DNA from: Candidatus Daviesbacteria bacterium
GTDB taxonomy: Bacteria > Patescibacteriota > Microgenomatia > Daviesbacterales > UBA10151
Assembly (NCBI GenBank): GCA_028712705.1
Contig: JAQTPP010000003.1
Location: forward strand, 64,052 to 128,051
DNA length: 64,000 nucleotides
Direction: 5' to 3'
Under the pieces are notes generated by a model that was not told where the DNA came from, made no database searches, and was given only the letters and a program-made list of their open reading frames with translations. The position numbers and the translations under genes are program-made. Positions 37,539-46,100 of this stretch are shown in pieces (position 1 is the stretch's first letter; each line of letters starts with the position of its first letter).

Positions 37539-38447
37539 GTGGATATTTTAACCATAATTTTAATAGTTTCCGGTCTGGTTTTATTTGAAACTATCTCTTC
37601 GGTGGATAATGCCATTATTAATGCCCAGGTTTTATCGACCATGGGAGCGAGGGCTAAAAGATGGTTTCTTTTTTGGGGTTTACTGATAGCCGTTTTTTTG
37701 ATAAGAGGATTGCTGCCTTTTTTGATAGTCTGGATTGCCAACCCTGATTTAGGGGTTGCGGGTATTTTGTCAGCGACTTTTTCAAGCGACCCTGCGGTGG
37801 TGGAAGCAATTGAGAAGTCAGCACCTATTTTGCTGATCGGCGGAGGCACCTTTTTGGTTTTTCTTTTTTTTCACTGGTTGTTTTTGGAAACTAAGAATTT
37901 TGGCCTTAGGGGTGAGCGGTTTTTGCTTTCTCAGGGCGTCTGGTTCTATGCGGTTGTCTCTGTAATTTTAGCCGTCATTGTTTGGTTTGCGCTAAAAGTA
38001 AATCCTTTAATGGCGTTTGGGGCAGTAGTTGGTTCAACTGCTTTTTTTATCACCCACGGGTTTAAGCAAAATGCCGAAGATCAGGAAAAGAAACTTTTTT
38101 CTACCACCAGGTCTGATTTGAGCAAGTTATTTTATCTGGAGGTAATTGATGCTACTTTTTCCATAGACGGGGTGATCGGAGCCTTTGCTTTTACCCTGGT
38201 AGTTCCTTTGATTTTACTGGGTAATGGAATTGGCGCTTTTGTTGTTCGAGAAGTTACAATTCATAATATCGAAAGAATTAAAAAGTATATATTTTTAAAA
38301 AACGGAGCCATGTATTCAATTTTCTTTTTGGGAGTAATCATGGTTTTGGATAGTTTTGGTTTTGATATTCCCTCGTGGCTGTCCCCTGTTGTAACAGCAC
38401 TAGTAGTAGGTTATTTCTTCCTAAAATCCAAAAAAGCCTTAGCTTAA
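37539..38447 (+). CDS. DUF475 / TerC-like membrane protein
   Basis: SSVDNAIINA, LEVIDATFSIDGVIGAFAFT. Confidence 0.88.
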   Translation: MDILTIILIVSGLVLFETISSVDNAIINAQVLSTMGARAKRWFLFWGLLIAVFLIRGLLPFLIVWIANPDLGVAGILSATFSSDPAVVEAIEKSAPILLIGGGTFLVFLFFHWLFLETKNFGLRGERFLLSQGVWFYAVVSVILAVIVWFALKVNPLMAFGAVVGSTAFFITHGFKQNAEDQEKKLFSTTRSDLSKLFYLEVIDATFSIDGVIGAFAFTLVVPLILLGNGIGAFVVREVTIHNIERIKKYIFLKNGAMYSIFFLGVIMVLDSFGFDIPSWLSPVVTALVVGYFFLKSKKALA

Positions 38448-38503
38448 AAAGTACGGTGTCAACCTATCCCACCCCAGGGGTGGGATACGCACACACAGTT
38501 ATT

Positions 38504-40174
38504 TTACCAGAAGAATTTGTTTGAGGTACTGATTCCAAAAAGCGCATTGCCCAAAGGGCTTGCTGGAAAAATCGCTAACCCCCTTTTTGCGAATTCTTGA
38601 GCCGATTCCAAGTTTCCGGTTTGACTTAGAAATAAAGAGAGTCGTAAATAAGAAAGATGAGAATCAAAGCGATACCTGCCAGGATCCAGCTTGGAAAGGT
38701 CAATAGGCTCCAGGGGGACGCCTTGCGAGGCTACGACATTGTTTTTTACTAGTATAATCATAAAATCATCTACATAAACTATTCTCCAATCAGGATCTTT
38801 AACTACTGAGGTTAAAAAAGCTTTTCCCCAGGGAGTTTGATCTGTGTGGGAAAAAACAATGGTCTTAAAGCCAATTTTTTGATCTAACTCTTTAAACTTT
38901 TGTGGATCAGATTGAGCTGGAATATATACATTCTGGAAAAATTCCTTAGGATACTCTCCGGGCCTGCCATCCACAAAGACTCTATATTTTGGCCAACCTC
39001 TGTAGGTAATATAGCTGCCAATATCAAAATTGTTAAAAACAGGTTGGGGTAAATTATTTTTTAAAACAAAATCCAAAGCATTCCTGCCGCTTTCTTTAAA
39101 TTCCAATTTTGGACGGTCGTCGCTGCTGGTGTATTTGTAATAATCCCCGTTTAGGTAAAAATAGCTTTCCAGAAGCAGCAGCGGAACTGTTATTATAGTA
39201 AAGAGTTTACGAAACAAGACGGGTTTGGGGATGCCGAAATTTTCCAAAATTGCCGGTAGTGAAATGAATACAAGATAAGGGAAGCTACGCACATTCGCTA
39301 GGGCAAGAGTCAGGCCAAAGCCGGCAAGAAGAAGATTTTTAATTAAAAGCCTTTTTTTAAACAAGGCAACTGCGGTTGATAATAAAATAGTTGCGGCAGC
39401 GAGTTTTACAAACAAAAAATTAGGGTTTCTAAAATTGATGCTTTCCAGGAGGAACATTGTCTGGTTTTCAACAATGGTGTATCCATAATTTTGGTTGAAA
39501 GTAAACGGGTTCAGAAAACCTGCTAAGCCACTGGGGTTGGCCAAACTTACTACAACCGATAGTCCAAAAATAAATACTAACAACTTCAGCTTTACACCCT
39601 TGGGGTGTAAACGGAGGTTTTGAGAGGCTAGATGAATTAGAAAAATGGCTTGTAAGCTTAGGCCTACAAAGAAATAGATGTGGGTATTGATCCAAACAAG
39701 CTGAATTATGGGCAGAAGGTAAAGTAATTTGGTAGGACTTTTTAAGTATTTCTCCAGTATGAAATAAGTGCTGGCTGTAAACAGAAAGCTGAAAATTTCC
39801 GGCCTAAGATCCGGCCTTTCCCTTAAAGTATGTAAAAAGATAAAACCAACAGGCAGCAGCAGATACTGGTTTTTAGGTATTGTTTTTAGAACCAGCCAAA
39901 CAGACAGTAAAAATATAACAACTTTCAAAACCAAAACTGCTTGCAGACCGATTGTTTGTTGTCCCAAGTAAACCAGTAGTTCAAAAAACCAGTGACTATT
40001 TATAAAAGGAAAATCTGGATAGGTATAAGAAAACAGGTTAGTTAGGGGTACGTTTTTAGTTTGCCAGATAATTTCACCCAATTTTAGGTGCCGTCCTAAG
40101 TCCTGGTCAAACGAGTGGTCGGTTCTAAAAAGAAAAGAAAAAACAAAGAAAAGAAGCAAAATTTTTGCCCACAT
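38504..40174 (-). CDS. Multi-pass membrane protein (GT-C-like) with short C-terminal TPR-like segment
   Basis: DLGRHLKLG, RPEIFS, WINTH, VFVDGRP. Confidence 0.75.
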   Translation of the reverse strand: MWAKILLLFFVFSFLFRTDHSFDQDLGRHLKLGEIIWQTKNVPLTNLFSYTYPDFPFINSHWFFELLVYLGQQTIGLQAVLVLKVVIFLLSVWLVLKTIPKNQYLLLPVGFIFLHTLRERPDLRPEIFSFLFTASTYFILEKYLKSPTKLLYLLPIIQLVWINTHIYFFVGLSLQAIFLIHLASQNLRLHPKGVKLKLLVFIFGLSVVVSLANPSGLAGFLNPFTFNQNYGYTIVENQTMFLLESINFRNPNFLFVKLAAATILLSTAVALFKKRLLIKNLLLAGFGLTLALANVRSFPYLVFISLPAILENFGIPKPVLFRKLFTIITVPLLLLESYFYLNGDYYKYTSSDDRPKLEFKESGRNALDFVLKNNLPQPVFNNFDIGSYITYRGWPKYRVFVDGRPGEYPKEFFQNVYIPAQSDPQKFKELDQKIGFKTIVFSHTDQTPWGKAFLTSVVKDPDWRIVYVDDFMIILVKNNVVASQGVPLEPIDLSKLDPGRYRFDSHLSYLRLSLFLSQTGNLESAQEFAKRGLAIFPASPLGNALFGISTSNKFFW

Positions 40175-40244
40175 GTAAAGATATTACCATCTTTCTCCCT
40201 TGTCAAAATAGGATTAATTATAACTTGTCTTACGCTCAGTCCGA

Positions 40245-40278
40245 TTGCGTGATTTATTGCGCGATTATTGCGTGATTA
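40245..40278. repeat. TTGCG(C/T)GATT x3 upstream of the Fic gene
   Basis: Three ~11-bp units just before TGGTATAAT. Confidence 0.85.
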
Positions 40279-40295
40279 TATGGTATAATATGTAT

Positions 40296-41354
40296 ATGTT
40301 AAAGCCTCAATATAGTATTACTTCTACCATACTTTCCCGGATTGCCGAGATTGCTGAAATAAAAGCCGCTGTTGAAAGGTCAAGGGTTCTGCCCTTAAAC
40401 GAAGCACAATTGCGTCGTCAGGCAATACTCCGTATGGCCCATACCTCAACCAGCATTGAGGGAAATAAACTTGCCCAATTTGAAGTGGGAAAGGTATTGG
40501 AGGGAAAAACCGTAAGGGCTTCTCAAAAAGATATCTTGGAAGTAGAAAATTATTATAATGCGTTAAAACTCCTTGATGAAATGGCTAAAAAGAAAGGAGA
40601 TATTACGCTTGAGGAAATTTTACATTTGCATAAGGTGATAATTTCCGGTTTGGCGGACAAAGAAAAAGTCGGTAAATTTAGACCTGCCGATGTGTATGTT
40701 TTGGATGATTTAGGAGATGGCCGTGAAATGGTCAGATTTAAGGCTCCTCCTGCCAGTAAGGTGAAAAAAATGGTTGATGATTTACTGAAGTGGTTTAAGG
40801 AATCGAAAAAAGAAGGTGTTCATCCAATCATCAGGGCCGGCATCCTGCACTTGCAATTTGTGACTATCCATCCATTTACAGACGGCAATGGTAGAGTAGC
40901 AAGACTTTTAACCCAGCTTCAGCTATACAGGGATGGCTGGGATTTTAGGAAAATCCTGGTTTTGGAAGACTACTACAACAGAGATAGAATGTCTTATTAC
41001 AGCGCTGAAAACAGGGCTCAAGGCAAAAGCTATTCGGCAAATATGGATTTTACCTTTTGGCTTGAATATTTTACCACCGGATTTTTGATTGAGGCAAGAA
41101 AAGTGCTGGAACAAATTCAATCCATTGGATTTGGCAAGGTTAGTAAAAAGAGCGAGCAAATTTTTCTTGATCGCGACCAAATCCAAATTATGGACTTTTT
41201 AACCACAACAGGGAGGATAACTTCAGATGACGTGGTAGATATTTTAAAGGTGGCTAAAAGAACGGCACAGCTTAAACTTAGAAATCTAACGGATAAAGGC
41301 TTACTTAAATTAAACGGTAAAGGTCCCAGTTCCTACTACATTCTTGCGCGATAA
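40296..41354 (+). CDS. Fic family protein with C-terminal winged HTH
   Basis: STSIEGN, HPFTDGNGRVAR; C-terminal ITSDDV...RTAQLKL...GKGPSSYY. Confidence 0.93.
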   Translation: MLKPQYSITSTILSRIAEIAEIKAAVERSRVLPLNEAQLRRQAILRMAHTSTSIEGNKLAQFEVGKVLEGKTVRASQKDILEVENYYNALKLLDEMAKKKGDITLEEILHLHKVIISGLADKEKVGKFRPADVYVLDDLGDGREMVRFKAPPASKVKKMVDDLLKWFKESKKEGVHPIIRAGILHLQFVTIHPFTDGNGRVARLLTQLQLYRDGWDFRKILVLEDYYNRDRMSYYSAENRAQGKSYSANMDFTFWLEYFTTGFLIEARKVLEQIQSIGFGKVSKKSEQIFLDRDQIQIMDFLTTTGRITSDDVVDILKVAKRTAQLKLRNLTDKGLLKLNGKGPSSYYILAR

Positions 41355-41377
41355 GTTGCGCGATTATTGCGCGATTA
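41344..41377. repeat. TTGCGCGAT x3 at the Fic gene 3' end
   Basis: Same motif and orientation as the upstream triplet. Confidence 0.85.
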
Positions 41378-41499
41378 TTTTGGGGTATTTGCTATTTTGC
41401 GGGAGATATGTGATACTATTTATGTGAGTAGAGTGTATTTAGTGTTTTTACAGTAATTCACCTCCACAAATCTAAAAAAGAAAGAGAGGTGAATTTTTT

Positions 41500-41760
41500 T
41501 TGAACAATAAGAAATTATTCGTAGGTTCTTTGCCTTGGGGTGTTGATGATGCCAAGCTTGGCGAAATTTTTGCTCAAGCCGGTAATGTTGTCAGCGCACA
41601 AGTTGTTAAAGACCGCGAAACAGGAAGATCAAGAGGATTTGGTTTCGTTGAGATGTCAACCGATGAGGAAGCTCAAAACGCAGTCAAAAACTTAAACGGT
41701 GCAGATGTTGATGGTCGTAAGATCGTAGTTAACATTGCCAGACCAAGAGAAGACCGTTAA
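41500..41760 (+). CDS. RRM RNA-binding protein
   Basis: RNP2 LFVGSL, RNP1 RGFGFVEM; GAGGTG SD with TTG start. Confidence 0.95.
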   Translation: MNNKKLFVGSLPWGVDDAKLGEIFAQAGNVVSAQVVKDRETGRSRGFGFVEMSTDEEAQNAVKNLNGADVDGRKIVVNIARPREDR

Positions 41761-41845
41761 AATTTTTCCCGGTTAACTTGTAGTACAAGTAAAGTTAGAA
41801 TCTGTGCTTTTTAGCAATGAAAGGCATGGGTTTTAGCAAGATTTT

Positions 41846-42514
41846 TCAGGAGGAAGCTATTTCCAGCTTTGGAAGCAGTTTTTTAGAGGCCAGGAATGAA
41901 AGCGTGTATTTTACTGCCAGGTAAGATACGGTAATTCCTGTGGCAAAAAGCAACCTTTCGCAAACTACTATCGGAGGCAAGTTTTGCCAAACAGTCACCG
42001 GCAGATTTAAGGCATAAAGGAAAGCAGTACTGCCTACGGCATGAGCCGTGAAAGTAGCGCCCAAACTTCTCAGGAATAGATTGTTTCTTTTAAAATAAGC
42101 GGCAACCGGAATCCACCAAAACATTAAAGGATAATAAGGTACTTGTTTGCCAATCGGGTGCGCTATAAAGAAAAGAATACAAAGGACAGGAACAGCCAAA
42201 ATCCACCTTCCCTGGTATTTTTTGTTGGTAATGACCGCAAAATAGAAAACCGCAAAAAGCGTCGGGAAAAGTCTGATAATTGTGCTTGTCGTAAGCGGAG
42301 TTTGTTTAATCCAGATATTGACTGCTTCTACGGCAAATACAGAGGCTATTCCTAAGGCAGGCCCTAAAAAGCCTCCTGTCATCGGTCCGAAGAAATCAAA
42401 CATGGTAAAAGATACATTAGAACCCATAACTTTATTAAAAGGAATCTGAAAGGCAATAAAGCCTAAGATAGAAAAAAGCGCTAAAAAGAATATTTTTTTC
42501 TGGAGGTTTGACAT
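41846..42514 (-). CDS. Membrane protein, possibly ECF S-component-like
   Basis: ~6 TM; GGFLGP and SLGATFTAHAVG motifs. Confidence 0.6.
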   Translation of the reverse strand: MSNLQKKIFFLALFSILGFIAFQIPFNKVMGSNVSFTMFDFFGPMTGGFLGPALGIASVFAVEAVNIWIKQTPLTTSTIIRLFPTLFAVFYFAVITNKKYQGRWILAVPVLCILFFIAHPIGKQVPYYPLMFWWIPVAAYFKRNNLFLRSLGATFTAHAVGSTAFLYALNLPVTVWQNLPPIVVCERLLFATGITVSYLAVKYTLSFLASKKLLPKLEIASS

Positions 42515-42581
42515 AGCAAGGAGTTTAGAATAATGCACGTTCTTTCAAATGTCAAGGATTATTTGATACAATAGCTGGTGA

Positions 42582-42664
42582 GCCGCGGTGGTGGAATGGT
42601 ATACACGCAGGACTTAAAATCCTGTAGCCGCAAGGCTGTGTGGGTTCGACTCCCACTCGCGGCA
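42582..42664 (+). tRNA. tRNA-Leu(TAA)
   Basis: CAGGA-CT TAA AA-TCCTG; long variable arm. Confidence 0.96.
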
Positions 42665-42681
42665 CCGGGGTTGGATAATCA

Positions 42682-42753
42682 CGGGGACTAGTTCATCGGT
42701 AGAACGCCCGCTTTGGGAGCGGGAAGCACAGGGTTCAATTCCCTGGTCCCCGA
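42682..42753 (+). tRNA. tRNA-Pro(TGG)
   Basis: CCCGC-TT TGG GA-GCGGG; GGTTCAATTCC. Confidence 0.95.
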
Positions 42754-42900
42754 CTGAAAGTGAATCCGCAAAATTGAGCCTGGATTGGCTCTGCGCGGGT
42801 GGGGGCGCGCAGAGCTCTGCAAAGCCCTGTTTGTAAACTGGGACGAGAGCCGCCGGTTAAAAAGAACAAAAAACGGGAAGACACGCAAAAATTTAAAAGA
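42688..42900 (-). pseudogene. Probable C-terminal relic of a serine recombinase reading into antisense tRNA-Pro
   Basis: GC-rich open frame VLFNRRLSSQF...SGTRELNP converging on the tRNA; same geometry as at tRNA-His. Confidence 0.4.
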
Positions 42901-43173
42901 ACTTTTCCGCCCTTTTATCATAAATGGCGCAACCAGCGGACTCAACAGGAAATGTCTCCCTATTGTCTGATTGCGCCATTAAAAAAGACATTTCCAAAAA
43001 ATGTTGAGTCCACCAAAAACTTACCAGTTTTCTTGGGCTAAATCAACTGGAATTTACTATTGCAAACAAGATTATATTATGCCTAACTAATCTTAGGGAC
43101 TATTTATATTACTATCATTACTATATTATTAATGTAGTTATTGCGATCTATTATGCTATGCCTGCTATGCCAT

Positions 43174-46100
43174 ATGCTTACCAAGACAAGACAAGACAAG
43201 ACAAGACAAGACAATTATGACTTCTTAAATTTTTCAGTTGTCAAATTTTATCTAAAATTCTTTTTAATTGCAATTTTTCTAGTTGGTACATTTTTAATAC
43301 CAATGAAGGTATTGGCAGTTTCTTGGTGGAATACAAGCTATCAGTATCGGCAAAACATTAAAATAACTTCCTCAAATGCTATTATTCCTCAAAATGGTAC
43401 CCTTACTACCACCATTGATACTCAATCTTTAATAAATGCCGGAAAGCTGAGAGGAGACGGAAAAGATTTAAGACTGGTTTATTATAACGGCAGCACTAAT
43501 TCAGAAATTGACTACACGATTAATTTTCCTTCTACTCGTTTACTAAATAATATCGGAAGTTCTGATACTGCTGTTTACATAGATGACGGAGATGCTTTGC
43601 CAGCCAGCGGAAAAGTACAAATAGACGATGAAATTATCAGTTATACCGGAGTTAGCCAAACTGCCGTTGCAACACCTTCCAGTAATAATGCGGGCAATAT
43701 CGGACCTGTCACAAATATTAACGACGGCGATATTACGACCGCCAATAACAATATCGGAGATTTCGTGCCTGCTGGTTGGTATGAATTGGACTTTCCGGGT
43801 CAGGTAACTTTTAACGAGGTAAGATTTAAAGAGGCATCATGGGCGGACGGATGGATAGAATCATCTGTTGTCCAATATTGGGATGGTGACAGCTGGGAAT
43901 CTGTTGGCAATGCAACGTTAACTCCCACGCCACCAGCAGCTTGGGGAGATAAAAACTTATCCTGGTATAAATCAAGTTTTGATAGCGTTACCTCGACAAA
44001 AATGAGGCTTTCCGTTACACAAGGAGGGGCGGCTCTATTTTCCGGTTTATATGAGTTGGAAGTGTTTAATAGCCCTTCTGCCACCAATCTTGCCAGACAA
44101 ATATGGCAGCTGACCGGCGTATCAAGAGGCGCTGATAGTACGACTGCGGCATCGCATACCTCATTAGCTCAAGTCAGAAAAGCTTTAATTTCCTCAACAA
44201 CCACCGAGATTGTTTTCAAAGTACAGTCGAGAATTGAGACAGATAAGAGTGATTCTGGTTATTATCTTTATTATGGCCACTCCGATGAAAATACCAGCCC
44301 CGCAACAAATTCCAGTAATGTGTATTTATTTGCGGATGAATTTACCAGCAGCAGCCTGAATGCCTCCCTAACCTTAGCTAACACGACTGGCTTAGCAGTG
44401 ACGGAAAACAATGCCCACAGCAGTTACTATCATATTAATTTACCTTACGGATATGTCTTTGATTATATTACCGGTACTAACAATTCTGTAACTTTATACC
44501 ATCCTTCACCGTTTCTGGATTGGACAATAGAGACTTCTTTGGATACTTTCGGTAATTTTGCTAAACACGCTGGAATTGCCGTCAGCTTTGGCAAAACCGT
44601 TTGGGATACTTATTTGTATGGAGTGTGGTGTGGCTATCTTGATGAAGTGCTTGGGTCTGCTTGTCGAATTAGGGTTGATAACGCGAATTCAACTCTCAAT
44701 CTTTTATCAACTTCATTTACCGGTGCATATGGCATTGCCGGACATGTGCAGTTGAAAGTCAGAAAAATTAGCGATACTTATTATTTTGATTATCGTTTAA
44801 ATAATAGTTCCGATTTTACTAATTTAGGATCTTTAAAAACATGCTGTAGCACTAATGATTATGGTATTGATCCGGTGAATATCGGGTTATTTAGTAAAGA
44901 CTGGGTGGATACAAAGCAACTTGATGATTCATATTTTGATTATTTGCGCGTTGCAACTAACACACCTTCGGCCAACTATTCCGTAAATTTTGGTACAGAA
45001 AGAACTCAGGCGACAACAGGCTCTGTCAGTACCGGTAATTCTTCTTTAACTACCACTAACCCAATTATTGTTCCAGGTCACGATACACTTTCACCAATTA
45101 CTCTAACTCTCAGGGACAGTTATGGCGATCCAATTAGTGGTAAACAAATCACATTTACTTCTTCCAGATCAGGCGATAGTTTTTCTGCATCTTCTGGTAC
45201 AACTGATGTTAACGGCCAACTGACTACTAATTTAACCGCTTCTACCACTGCCGGGACTTCCAATATTACCGCCACCGATAGCGACGGGAATGCCGTTACT
45301 GCCACCAGTTTAATTACAGTCCAAAGCATAGAGCCTATAGGATTTGATCTCTACAACAATTTGTATAGGTTGCCTTATCTGGATCCCAATCTACAAACCT
45401 TACAAACATCATCCGTAGATCTTAATCAGCTGAATGCTGACGGCGGTCCTGCCGTTGGTGTTAGCAAATTTTTATATAAAGATAGCAATGATGAATATGT
45501 TATCTTGGATGAAAAAGGACCTGGAATTCTTTATCGATTTTGGATGACAAAAGACGCAGGGCTTGAAGCCGATTTAGGGAACATAAGGTTTTATCTAGAT
45601 GGTTCTGCAACTCCTGCTTTAGATACTAACGTAAATACTCTTTTTGGTGGGAGCTATCAAAATCTAGCATTCCCTATTGTTTCTAACAGATGGAATGCTG
45701 CAGGAGGTTTCCATTCATTTTTACCAATTACATTTGCCAGTTCCTTGAAAATTACAACAACGAACAATACCAACTATTACTACAATATTACCTACCAAAA
45801 ACTTCCTTCTAATGCATCTCTAACTTCTTATACTACCAGTGATAGTAATACCAAGTTATTAAACCTATTTAATTCAGCGGGGCTGGACCCGAAATCAACC
45901 AGCGGTAATACAACTCTGACCGGGTCAACTGCTTTAGCCGATGGAAATACAGCTACAATTGTTAATTTGTCAGGTAACGGGTCAATTCAGAGTTTGAAAC
46001 TGACATTTAATCCAAAAACCAAAACAGTCCTTAACGGAACATATTTACAAATGTATTGGGATGGGGAATCAACGCCAAGTGTTAATGTCCCAATAGGATA

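Noticed and set aside
42770-42990. Riboswitch upstream of the giant surface protein gene
   Set aside because: Hairpins are present but no recognisable aptamer consensus; better explained as an island-boundary relic.
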